This document shows, in pieces, positions 8,240 through 16,966 of a DNA stretch of 64,000 bases. Source of the DNA: a virus; the IMG/VR virus record IMGVR_UViG_2935423994_000003. One strand, 5' to 3'. How positions within the stretch are numbered: the first letter of the stretch is position 1; each line of letters opens with the position of its first letter. The notes under the pieces are model-generated. The model was not told the origin of the DNA. It ran no database searches and saw nothing but the letters and a program-made list of their open reading frames with translations. A program made the position numbers and the translations under genes.

Positions 8240-9730
8240 CTAGCCTTCCTCCTGTGTTGAGGGTCTGTTTTCCGCGTCCGTGTCCTCGGGTTCAGCATCA
8301 TCCTGTCCGGACGGCACCGCCTGCACACCCTGCGCGGGCGAGCCTGGTCGGCGGAAGTCGAGGCCCAGCGCGCGCTCGCGGGCACGCTCAAGCGCGATCT
8401 CGCGGTCGACCTGCTCGGCGTCGTAGCCGCGCTCGGCGATGGCTTGCGTGCGGGATTTCAGGCCGGCCTCGATCTGGGCGATCTCGGCATTGGCGTCCTT
8501 TAATGGGTCGACCCAGTCCCACTTCGTGGGCAGCCAGTCGGCGGTCAGCAGCCGCGCGCGGTTGGCCTCGTAGCCTGGCAGGGTCAGCGCGCCGGACAAT
8601 ACCGCCGTATCCATCCAGCGCGCCCAGACCGGTCGGCAGAGCTGCCAGACCATCACCGAATGCTGCCAGGCCGAGACACGGCGGCGGAACTCGATCAGGG
8701 CGAGGCGCGAGTTCGAGAAGTTGCCCTTCACCATGTCATTGGCGAGGTAAGGATAGGGGATGCCGAGGGCTGCCGAGATTTGCAGCAAGGTGCGGTACTG
8801 GAACGGCTCGTAGGTCGCCCCGCTGTCGGCGGGCTGGCCGACGGTCACGTCCTCGCCCGGATCCAGCCGCACGATCTGACCGGGGCTGATTTCCACGCCA
8901 GCTGGCACATCCTCATCCTCTGGGGCGGTGAGCGGGTTCTCCGGTGCCGGTGAGGTCACGAACATCGCATACATCGCCGCGACCTTCTTCCGGTCCAGTT
9001 CGGCGTCGTCATACTGATCGAGCAGGAAGAGCTTCACGATGGCGGGGGCCAGTTTCGAGACGCCGCGCAACTGCCCGCCCTCGACCGGGTCGATCACATG
9101 GATGACCTCGCTGGCGGGCACGCGCACCACCTCGCCCGTCAGCCCCGGATCGGTGCTGTCGCCCGGGTGGCGGCGCAGGAAGTGATAGGCGACGCGCCGC
9201 CCGATCCGGTCGAATTCGATGCCCTGCCGGATGGCATTGCCGTTGGCGGCGGTGCCGCTTCTCTCCAGGGGCAGCATTTCGGCGGGCAGCATCTGCAACT
9301 GCAGCGGCACCGTCAGCCCATCGCCTGCGCGCCGCATCCGGATCCGGAAGAACACCTCTCCGGCCATGAACACTTCGCGCGCGGCGCGGCGCTGCAACCC
9401 GTAGAAATCTGTCAGCCCCTCGGCATCGGCCTCGTCGGTCCAGGCGAGCCAGAGCCGCTGCAGCTCTTCCTTGCGCGCGGCATCGCCGATTTTTGATATT
9501 GGCTTGATGCCGTCGCCGACGGTATTCGCCGCCCAGCTTTCGACCGCATTCACGGCATAGCCGTTGTTGCGCACCAGCCAGCGGGCGCGGGCGGTGATGT
9601 CGGGTCCGGCGGCGGCGATCAGCGCGTTGACATGGGCTCGTGTCGCGCGGAAGCCGCGCAGACGACGATGGTGCTGACCGGCATCGAACCCGCCGATGAA
9701 GGCCCCGAGCCGCTGTCGCCAGTTCATCAC
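8240..9730 (-). CDS. Portal protein, lambda family
   Basis: ARARWLVRNNGYA, GQLRGVS, NFSNSR motifs; follows gpW. Confidence 0.92.
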   Translation of the reverse strand: MMNWRQRLGAFIGGFDAGQHHRRLRGFRATRAHVNALIAAAGPDITARARWLVRNNGYAVNAVESWAANTVGDGIKPISKIGDAARKEELQRLWLAWTDEADAEGLTDFYGLQRRAAREVFMAGEVFFRIRMRRAGDGLTVPLQLQMLPAEMLPLERSGTAANGNAIRQGIEFDRIGRRVAYHFLRRHPGDSTDPGLTGEVVRVPASEVIHVIDPVEGGQLRGVSKLAPAIVKLFLLDQYDDAELDRKKVAAMYAMFVTSPAPENPLTAPEDEDVPAGVEISPGQIVRLDPGEDVTVGQPADSGATYEPFQYRTLLQISAALGIPYPYLANDMVKGNFSNSRLALIEFRRRVSAWQHSVMVWQLCRPVWARWMDTAVLSGALTLPGYEANRARLLTADWLPTKWDWVDPLKDANAEIAQIEAGLKSRTQAIAERGYDAEQVDREIALERARERALGLDFRRPGSPAQGVQAVPSGQDDAEPEDTDAENRPSTQEEG

Positions 9731-9936
9731 AGATCCTTCACGGCATGGGGGCGCAGCACTCTGCGACTGGTACGTTCCAGCGCCGCGATCCGGCGCTCGA
9801 TATCGGCGATGGCGGCGGCCAGTTCCGCGTCCGAGCCATAGTTGATGCTCTTGCCGTCATAGCTGACCGACCGCGTGCCGCTGTAGCGCGCGGCCAGCAG
9901 GGCGCTGTGGCGGGATTTCAGGTCATCGAGGGTCAT
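9727..9936 (-). CDS. gpW-like head-tail adaptor
   Basis: RSVSYDGKSINYGSDAEL; 69 aa between terL and portal. Confidence 0.85.
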   Translation of the reverse strand: MTLDDLKSRHSALLAARYSGTRSVSYDGKSINYGSDAELAAAIADIERRIAALERTSRRVLRPHAVKDL

Positions 9937-9952
9937 AGGTGTCTCTTGATGC

Positions 9953-9969
9953 ACACACGAAGCGTGTGT
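9953..9969. promoter_or_regulatory. Palindrome ACACACG-AAG-CGTGTGT upstream of ccdA
   Basis: Perfect 7-bp inverted repeat in the TA leader. Confidence 0.45.
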
Positions 9970-9996
9970 ATTCCAATTGTGTTGATGGAGGGTCCG

Positions 9997-10242
9997 ATGC
10001 CGCAGAACAGCACCGAGAAACAGCGCACGAATGTCTCGCTGACCGCCTCCACCCTCGCCGCCGCGCGCGAGTTGGGCCTGAATGTCTCCGCGATCAGCGA
10101 TGCCGCGCTCGCAGAGGCCGTGCGTACGGCGAAGGCCGAGGTCTGGGCGCGCGAGAATGCCGAGGCGATCGCCGAGCGCCGCGCCTGGATCGAGGCCAAC
10201 GGCACCCCACTGGCCGATCTCCAGGTCCTGAAGCTCGACTGA
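9997..10242 (+). CDS. ccdA: CcdA-family antitoxin
   Basis: KQRTNVSL..STLAAARELGLNVSAI..W.RENAEAI CcdA pattern; TGATG coupling. Confidence 0.88.
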   Translation: MPQNSTEKQRTNVSLTASTLAAARELGLNVSAISDAALAEAVRTAKAEVWARENAEAIAERRAWIEANGTPLADLQVLKLD

Positions 10243-10538
10243 TGGCGCAGTTCCATGTCTATCGTGTGCCTGGCGGCCGGCTGGTGCTCGACCTCCAGAC
10301 CGATCTGATCGAGACCGGCACCCGCGTGGTCGCGCCGCTGGTGCCCGCCGCCTCGGGACTGAGGGCCATCGGGCGGCTCGAGCCGGTCTTCGAGATCGAG
10401 GGTGCCACGCATGTGCTGCACACGGCCGAGATGGCCGCGATCCCCTCGGCCCTGCTCAACGCACTGCCCGTCGCGGACCTCTCGCGGTTCGACTACGAGA
10501 TACGGGGCGCCCTCGACATGGTCTTCTCGGGGTTCTGA
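10242..10538 (+). CDS. ccdB: CcdB-family toxin
   Basis: MAQFHVYR..LDLQTDLI..TRVVAPL..ALDMVFSGF CcdB pattern. Confidence 0.88.
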   Translation: MAQFHVYRVPGGRLVLDLQTDLIETGTRVVAPLVPAASGLRAIGRLEPVFEIEGATHVLHTAEMAAIPSALLNALPVADLSRFDYEIRGALDMVFSGF

Positions 10539-12578
10539 TCACTCCATGTATCGGGGCGTGCTGATCTTCCAGCCACGCCGCCGGGGGGCGGTAATGCGCC
10601 CGGCTTGAGGCTCGGAGGGTTTGTCGTTTTCAGGCTTTGCAGCTGCTGTGGCGGTTTCTACGCCGGCCTGCTTCTCCAGCTGCCGCCACATGCGTTCATC
10701 AAAGCGATCCGCGCCGAGGATCCATGCTGCGGCGCGGGCATAGATGCGGACGTCCAGCGCCTCGTTGCGCTCGCGCAGCTTCTGCCATTCCTGACGGGCA
10801 TAGCCGCGTTTGTCACGGATCGTGACCAGCTGCTCGGCCACCAGCTGTTTCAGCCATTCGCTGTCCGCCCAGTCGGGCAGGTGGATCGTGCCTGCTGGAT
10901 TAGATGCGCCCAGCGCGCGATCTTCATCAGAGGGTCGCTCAATGCGCAGGAACCGATAGGTCTCAGCCTTGAATGTGGCCGTGGCCACGGTCCAGAGCCG
11001 GGCCCCGCGCTTGAGTTTGCGGCCATTCACCGTCGCATCGACGAAGGTCGGCCCGGACACCGGCGTGGCCCGGTTGAAGCCTTCGAGCCCCTTCACCGGT
11101 GCCACCTGTGCAATCCCCTGCTTGCGGGACCAGGCATAGACGGCGGCGGACTCGTAGCCGGTGTCGATGGCCAGCTTCGCCAGCGTCATGACGGCGCCAT
11201 GCTCGTGGACCCAAGTCTGGCCGAGAAGGGCGGTCAGCCTCTCCCAGCAGGCCGGATCATCCGGCCCGCCCGGAATGACGATGTGATCGACGAGCCAGCT
11301 CTCCAGCCCGCGCCCCCAGGCCCAGATATCGACCTCGATCCGGTCCTTCTGCACGTCCGCCCCGGCGGTGAGGAACAGTCCGCCTGCCGGGATCTGCGCG
11401 GCGAACACCGCGCGCCGGTCGGCCAGGCGCTGCCATTCCGGGGCCTCGCCCGACTCGATCCAGGTCTCGCCCAGCAGCGTGTTGCGCGCGGCGCGCAGCA
11501 TCTCGTCGGAGCCTTGGGCCGCCAGCCAGTCCCGCGCGATCTGCTCCCAGCTCTTCCAGCCAATGGGCGAGTAGAGCGCCGAGAGGTGGAACCCGATGGC
11601 GGTCGGGTCGGTGGCTGTAGCGGTCGCCCGCCACTCGCCCAGCGCCAGCATCTCCGTCTTGTGGTGCTCGGCGATGGGGCGCTCGCAGCCTTCGCAGTGA
11701 TACGCCGCTGTTTCCGGCTTCCCCTTTGCCCAGCGCAGCCGCTCGAACTGGAGCCACTGCATATGGCCGCACTGCGGGCAGGGCACGAAATAGCGCCGCT
11801 GGTCGCTGGCCTCGAACTCGCGCTCGATCCGGCTGAGCCCCCGGATCGTCGGCGTCGAGACCATGAACACCTTGCGCCGGTGCGCGAAGGTGGTTGTGCG
11901 GGCCTCGGCCAGCGTGACCGGATCGCCCTCCTCGTCGGCCGAGGCGGGATAGGCGTCGATCTCGTCGAGGAACACATAGCGCGCGGGCATCGAGCGCAGG
12001 CCGGTGGCGCTGTTCGCCCCGGTCAGCACCAGGATGCCGCCCGGAAACTCCTTCGACAGCATCGAATTGCCGGCATCGCGCGAGCGGGCGGGGCTCACCC
12101 GCTCCTTCAGCGCCGGGCTGTCCTCGATCAGCGGGTCGATCCGCCCGCGCGAGGTCCGCTTGGCCATCTCGACCGTCGGCAGCACCGCCAGCATCGGGCC
12201 CGGCGCATGATGGATCACGAAGCCGATCCAGTTGTTGCCCGCTTCCGTGGCCCCGACCTGCGCCGCCTTCATGAAGCTGATCCGCTGCGCCGGGTGGTTC
12301 GGGGACAGCGCATCCATAATGCTGCGCAGATAGGGCGTGCGTGTAGTGCGGTACCGTCCTGGCTCCGCCGAGGCGCGCGAGCTGAGCCAGCGGTGCGCAT
12401 CGGCCCATTCCGACACGGTCAGGTCGGCGTCCGGTCGCATTCCCCGCCGCCAGGCGCGCAGGACGTCTTCGGCCCCGTCAAAGCCGAGGTCGAGCCCCTC
12501 GGTCAGGTCGTGATCGTCTTCTCCTTCATGCAATGCTGACCCGAAGGTCGGCGAGGGCGTCGAGCTGCTCTCGGACAT
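10539..12578 (-). CDS. Terminase large subunit, gpA family
   Basis: KAAQVGATE Walker A, VFLDEIDAYP Walker B, VSTPT, GADVQKDR nuclease motif; exact start uncertain. Confidence 0.93.
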   Translation of the reverse strand: MSESSSTPSPTFGSALHEGEDDHDLTEGLDLGFDGAEDVLRAWRRGMRPDADLTVSEWADAHRWLSSRASAEPGRYRTTRTPYLRSIMDALSPNHPAQRISFMKAAQVGATEAGNNWIGFVIHHAPGPMLAVLPTVEMAKRTSRGRIDPLIEDSPALKERVSPARSRDAGNSMLSKEFPGGILVLTGANSATGLRSMPARYVFLDEIDAYPASADEEGDPVTLAEARTTTFAHRRKVFMVSTPTIRGLSRIEREFEASDQRRYFVPCPQCGHMQWLQFERLRWAKGKPETAAYHCEGCERPIAEHHKTEMLALGEWRATATATDPTAIGFHLSALYSPIGWKSWEQIARDWLAAQGSDEMLRAARNTLLGETWIESGEAPEWQRLADRRAVFAAQIPAGGLFLTAGADVQKDRIEVDIWAWGRGLESWLVDHIVIPGGPDDPACWERLTALLGQTWVHEHGAVMTLAKLAIDTGYESAAVYAWSRKQGIAQVAPVKGLEGFNRATPVSGPTFVDATVNGRKLKRGARLWTVATATFKAETYRFLRIERPSDEDRALGASNPAGTIHLPDWADSEWLKQLVAEQLVTIRDKRGYARQEWQKLRERNEALDVRIYARAAAWILGADRFDERMWRQLEKQAGVETATAAAKPENDKPSEPQAGRITAPRRRGWKISTPRYME

Positions 12579-13062
12579 GGGTTTCCAGCACCCTCTGCAG
12601 GATCGCAGTCTCGATCGTCACGGGTGTGCCCGAGGCCTTCTCCATCTCTGCGGACAATTGCGCGGCCATCAGCGCGGCCACGCGGGTGGGCCAGGTCACC
12701 CATGTATCGCGTTCCTGGCGCGCGAGGCGAAACACCAGCGTTTCGGCGCGCGCGCGGTCGACCAGCACGCCCTTCTTCTTCTGGACCGCGATCTGCTTGT
12801 CCTGAGCGGCATAGACTGTCAGCAGCGTGCGCGCCTTGACGTAGGACGCGGTCTCGCCCGGCCCGCTGATCATCCCGTCGCCACCCCGCGATCGCATCTG
12901 CTGATCCGGGTCGGTCATCGCGCTGCGGCGCGCATCGGACGCCACCGCGTTGATCGAACCGTCCGGGTAGAGCACCAGCCGACCGTTCTTGCGCGCCTTT
13001 TGCACCGCCCCGCGCGAGAGGTTGGCGTGCTCGGCATAGGCGCGCTCGGACATGCCTTCCAT
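12526..13062 (-). CDS. Terminase small subunit (Nu1-like)
   Basis: N-terminal HTH (MSERAYAEHANLSRGAVQKARKNGRL); overlaps the terL start. Confidence 0.78.
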   Translation of the reverse strand: MEGMSERAYAEHANLSRGAVQKARKNGRLVLYPDGSINAVASDARRSAMTDPDQQMRSRGGDGMISGPGETASYVKARTLLTVYAAQDKQIAVQKKKGVLVDRARAETLVFRLARQERDTWVTWPTRVAALMAAQLSAEMEKASGTPVTIETAILQRVLETHVREQLDALADLRVSIA

Positions 13063-13201
13063 GGCGCTGTGGTGACCTTCAAGATATTGGAATTAAACGT
13101 AAAGATGGCATTTATTCAGTTGATTACACTTCCCGACAGAGCGAATCTCGGATCATGAAGCGGGTGCATCGCGCACCGCCAGAGACAGCACGGAGACAGC
13201 C

Positions 13202-13396
13202 ATGCGCAAAAACCCTGATCCAACCGATGCTCGAGATGCCCTGCTGCGCGACATCGCCGAGCGCCATCTCTTTCTTGAGACCCTCGAGACCCGGAACGCC
13301 GACGGTCTCGATTTCCACGACCACGCCGTCTGGGCGATCCGCTCCGCGCTGGAGGCGGCCTTTGAAGCCGGGCGCTGCGCCGCCACCAATTCCTGA
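13202..13396 (+). CDS. Small conserved protein (DUF6900-like)
   Basis: LETLETRNADGLDFHD.AVWAIR.ALEAAFEAG; homolog at 52638-52856; GGAG RBS. Confidence 0.7.
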   Translation: MRKNPDPTDARDALLRDIAERHLFLETLETRNADGLDFHDHAVWAIRSALEAAFEAGRCAATNS

Positions 13397-13408
13397 AAGG
13401 ACACCCAC

Positions 13409-13627
13409 ATGACCGCCATCACCACCATTCGCATCGACCATGCCGCAGTGCCCGATCCCCTGAACAGCAAGAATCCGGACGCGGTCGCCGGCATGATCGA
13501 GGCTGCGCTGCGCGACGAAGGCATCACCGCCGAGGCTTCCGACGTGATCTCGCATATCAAGATCGAGCTGCCGACCACCCAGCTTGCCGCTGCCAGCGCG
13601 TTTCTGGTCAGCTTGCACCTGCTCTGA
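13409..13627 (+). CDS. Hypothetical protein
   Basis: AAAGGA RBS; close homolog at 52863-53087. Confidence 0.75.
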   Translation: MTAITTIRIDHAAVPDPLNSKNPDAVAGMIEAALRDEGITAEASDVISHIKIELPTTQLAAASAFLVSLHLL

Positions 13628-13638
13628 CGGAGGTGGTC

Positions 13639-13923
13639 ATGAGCACCCGCGCGCAGATCGCCATCCAGACCGGGCCAGATGAGTGGACCCACATTTACTG
13701 CCATTATGACGGATATCCGTCGCATATGCTGCTCGCGCTTGCACCGTGGACGCCCCAAGACATCCTTGCCGCCAAGGAAATCCGGCAGGTCCGGGCAGAC
13801 GTGCTCGACTGTTTCGATCCGCCCCGCGAGCCACCCATCCTGCAACAGCCAACCCGCGAGTTCTGCCACCTCTACGTCTGGCAGGACGGGGCATGGGTCG
13901 AGGTCAATCCCGATACCGACTGA
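13639..13923 (+). CDS. Hypothetical protein with MSTRAQI..HYDGYP motif
   Basis: GGAGG RBS; absent from prophage 2. Confidence 0.65.
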   Translation: MSTRAQIAIQTGPDEWTHIYCHYDGYPSHMLLALAPWTPQDILAAKEIRQVRADVLDCFDPPREPPILQQPTREFCHLYVWQDGAWVEVNPDTD

Positions 13924-13949
13924 TGACCTCCTGCTGAAAGGGTCCCTCC

Positions 13950-14315
13950 ATGACCGATCTGTCCCCCAATTGTCTGCCCGAGGGCGAGACCCTCGACGAC
14001 ATCGTGCGGCGCAACTGCGCGATCGGTTTCGACCTGCGGTTCTGCCGCAGCGTGGCCGTGTCCGAGCACGACCGCGATACCATCACCTGTGACCCACCCG
14101 AGGCGGAGTTCGCCACGCTCTTTGCCCTCACCGATCTGGGCGAGGCCATCGCCATTCACGATGTGCAGCTCACCAGCGCCGGGGCCGGCGAGGTGGCGGC
14201 CGTCAGCCGCGCGCTGTTCATGGCCATGGTCAACGCGCATCGCGATCCGCCCGACGCGGCCCAGCGACACGAGGCCGAACAGGCCGCGCTCACCGATCAT
14301 GATCGGATCGGATGA
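13950..14315 (+). CDS. Hypothetical protein
   Basis: Close homolog at 53100-53462. Confidence 0.75.
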   Translation: MTDLSPNCLPEGETLDDIVRRNCAIGFDLRFCRSVAVSEHDRDTITCDPPEAEFATLFALTDLGEAIAIHDVQLTSAGAGEVAAVSRALFMAMVNAHRDPPDAAQRHEAEQAALTDHDRIG

Positions 14316-14432
14316 TGCTCGACGGCTCGATTATAAAGACCTGATATTGCTCAGAATTGCCTACGATAATCGGCCCGGCAGAGCGATTGTGATGACACGG
14401 AAACGATGCAACTCACCTCAAGGAGCCACGTC

Positions 14433-14702
14433 ATGATCAGCCCGAACCAGATCACAACACCCCGCCATCAGCTGCGTGCCGAGAAGGCCCGCAGGAATAA
14501 AGAAGCAGCGCTCGCCGCCTTCATCGCGAAGAAAGCCGAGATCGACGAGAGGCTCACCCGCTTGGCACAGCTCAGCGACGATCATTTCAACTGCGCCCCC
14601 GACGAGGTCGGCTGGGCGATGGTCGGCACGCTCGACCACTACGCCGGGCTCCTCAAGCGCATCACCGACAGCGCCTTCGGCGAGGGCGAACACGCTGAGT
14701 GA
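14433..14702 (+). CDS. Hypothetical protein
   Basis: AAGGAG RBS; homolog at 53565-53834 (TPRHQLRAEKARRNKEAAL). Confidence 0.75.
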   Translation: MISPNQITTPRHQLRAEKARRNKEAALAAFIAKKAEIDERLTRLAQLSDDHFNCAPDEVGWAMVGTLDHYAGLLKRITDSAFGEGEHAE

Positions 14703-14801
14703 CCCTTCCGGCCCGGCTTTGGGGCAGCCCGTCATCATGGCGGGCTTCACCCGGTAGAAGGCGGCGCATTGCGCGCTGTCCGAGCCGACCCGGAGGTTCC
14801 C

Positions 14802-15371
14802 ATGCCAAAACTCACCGATACCCAGACCATCATCCTCAGCCGCGCGGCCACCCGCCCCGGCAATCTGGCCATGCCGCTGCCCGACGGGCTGCACGGGGCC
14901 GCCGCCAGGAAGGCCGTGGCCGCGATGATCTCACGCGGCTGGCTCGAGGAGGTCGACGCCGACCTGCGCAAGGGCGAGCCGCTCTGGCGTGAGACCGGCG
15001 ATGGCCATGGGACAACGCTGATTGCAACCGAGGTCGGGTTGGATGCCATCGGGATCGAGCCGGTCGCGGTCAGTGCCGTCGCCAGCGCGCGAAAGGCAAA
15101 GCCGCAACCGGACGCGGAACCCGCCGTGACAAAGGGGACTGAAGTCTCGAAGCGCATCACCATCCGCGCCGGCACGAAGCAGGCGCAGATCATCGCGCTG
15201 CTGCAGCGGCCCGAGGGGGCGTCCATTGCTGAGATCGCCGAGGCGACCGGCTGGTTGGCGCACAGTGTGCGCGGCCTGGTCTCTGGCGGGCTCAAGAAGA
15301 AACTGGGCCTGCCCGTAAGTGCGGAGAAGGTCGATCAGCGCGGCACCGTTTACAAGCTTGACGCCGCCTGA
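14802..15371 (+). CDS. DUF3489-like protein with C-terminal HTH
   Basis: MPKLTDTQTIILS start, GTKQAQIIALLQRPEGASIAEI...W.AHSVRG HTH; homolog at 53933-54490. Confidence 0.75.
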   Translation: MPKLTDTQTIILSRAATRPGNLAMPLPDGLHGAAARKAVAAMISRGWLEEVDADLRKGEPLWRETGDGHGTTLIATEVGLDAIGIEPVAVSAVASARKAKPQPDAEPAVTKGTEVSKRITIRAGTKQAQIIALLQRPEGASIAEIAEATGWLAHSVRGLVSGGLKKKLGLPVSAEKVDQRGTVYKLDAA

Positions 15372-15380
15372 TCCTCGCAG

Positions 15381-15590
15381 TTATCGCAAACGCTCAAACA
15401 GCCTGCGCAGCGTGTAGCTGCGCAGGAGCGAAACGCCGGTGAAGACCCCGCCCAGCGCCAGGTTGTCGCCAAGGCTCGCCTGCAGGCCGAACCACGGAAA
15501 CACAATGATCTGGATGGCCACTGCCAGTGCATAGCCCACGGCGACATTGGTGAGCGCCTCGATCAGCGACATGCGGCGTGATTGGCTCAT
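15381..15590 (-). CDS. Small membrane protein
   Basis: Two hydrophobic segments; homolog at 54781-54996. Confidence 0.7.
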   Translation of the reverse strand: MSQSRRMSLIEALTNVAVGYALAVAIQIIVFPWFGLQASLGDNLALGGVFTGVSLLRSYTLRRLFERLR

Positions 15591-16966
15591 GCGCGCTTTC
15601 TCGACCGGCGCGCGGGCTTCTGGTCTCCCTCGTCCATGACAAGGCGACTGGCTGTCCGCCCCGTGGCCAATTCCCAGCGGCGCACAGCGACGTCGCAATA
15701 GACAGGATCCAGCTCCACCGCGTAGCACCGCCGACCGGTGCGCTCTGCCGCGATCAGCTGGGTGCCCGAGCCGCAGAACGGCTCGAAGACCAGGTCGCCC
15801 GGATCGGTGAAAGCCTCCAGAACCGCTTCGACCAGCGCCACCGGAAACACCGCCGGGTGCGATCCGGCCGCGCCCAGCCCGCCCTTGTGGCGCATGATGC
15901 GGAACACAGAGTCGGGGATGCGATGGCTCTGGATCGTGTTGCCGGTGCCGGTCTTGGGCCTGACCTGTCCGTCGGTGGTGCGCAGGCCGCCGCCGCCCAG
16001 GGTCTCGCCCGCGTGCTTGCTTTCCACCGTCTTGTTGGGTTTGCGCGGCTGGCGGTTGAAGTGGAAGATGAACTCGTGCGAGGGCGCGAGCCGCCCGTTC
16101 CAGTCGCCGGGCAGGCCGGGGCCCTGGTCCCAGACATACCACCCAAACCGCCGCCAGCCCTGCGCGTGCATCCAGTCCACCCAGCCCTCCCAATACGGGA
16201 TCCACTCGCCGTCGCGATGCACGAGGCCGAGATTGACCAGTAGCTGCGCAGCCTCGGCGACCGGTGCCACGGCGAAGACGCCTTGGATCAGCGCATCCCA
16301 ATCGCCGACCTTCTCCTTGGCCGCGCCATAGTCGCGCTGCTGGGCATAGGGTGGGGAGGTGAAAATCAATGTGGCCTGCGCCCCGTCCATCAGACGCGCC
16401 GCCACGGCGGGGTCGGTCGCATCGCCGCAGATCAGCCGATGATCGCCCAGCGCCCAGATGTCGCCCGGACGTGTGATCGGCTCGGCCGGGGCCTCGGGGA
16501 TCGCGTCGGCGGTGTCATCGTCAACGGGCGTGCCGTCGTCGTCACCGGCATCGTGCAGCAGAGTGTCCAGCTCATCTTCGGGGATGCCGATCAGCCCGAG
16601 GTCGAAATCCTCGGCCAGCAGCCCGCGTAGCTCTTCCAGCAGCAGAGCGTCGTCCCAGTCACCCAGCTCGGTCAGCTTGTTGTCGGCGATCCGATACGCC
16701 CGCCGCTGTGCCTCGGTCAGGTGCCCCAGCACGATCACCGGGGCCTCGGTCAGCCCGAGGTGGGCGGCGGCCAAGATGCGGCCGTGGCCCGCGATCAGCT
16801 CGCCATCGGACGCGACGAGACAGGGCACGGTCCAGCCGAACTCGGCCATGCTGGCCGCGATCCGTGCCGCCTGATCGGCGTCGTGCGTCTTGGCATTGCG
16901 GGCATAGGGTTTGAGCCGATCCAGCGGCCAGAATTCGATCTGGCTCGGGCGTAAATGCGTCGTCAT
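15587..16966 (-). CDS. ParB-like N-domain fused to amino-DNA methyltransferase (SPPY)
   Basis: IAGHGR ParB-like motif, FTSPPY catalytic motif, FEPFCGSG SAM-binding motif. Confidence 0.88.
   Translation of the reverse strand: MTTHLRPSQIEFWPLDRLKPYARNAKTHDADQAARIAASMAEFGWTVPCLVASDGELIAGHGRILAAAHLGLTEAPVIVLGHLTEAQRRAYRIADNKLTELGDWDDALLLEELRGLLAEDFDLGLIGIPEDELDTLLHDAGDDDGTPVDDDTADAIPEAPAEPITRPGDIWALGDHRLICGDATDPAVAARLMDGAQATLIFTSPPYAQQRDYGAAKEKVGDWDALIQGVFAVAPVAEAAQLLVNLGLVHRDGEWIPYWEGWVDWMHAQGWRRFGWYVWDQGPGLPGDWNGRLAPSHEFIFHFNRQPRKPNKTVESKHAGETLGGGGLRTTDGQVRPKTGTGNTIQSHRIPDSVFRIMRHKGGLGAAGSHPAVFPVALVEAVLEAFTDPGDLVFEPFCGSGTQLIAAERTGRRCYAVELDPVYCDVAVRRWELATGRTASRLVMDEGDQKPARRSRKRA

Noticed and set aside
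14406-14432. Conserved MQL(T/S) N-terminal leader peptide on three small genes
   Set aside because: The in-frame ATG lies within the shared 15-mer, but good RBSs precede the downstream ATGs and the intervening codons are not conserved; treated as a nucleic-acid motif.
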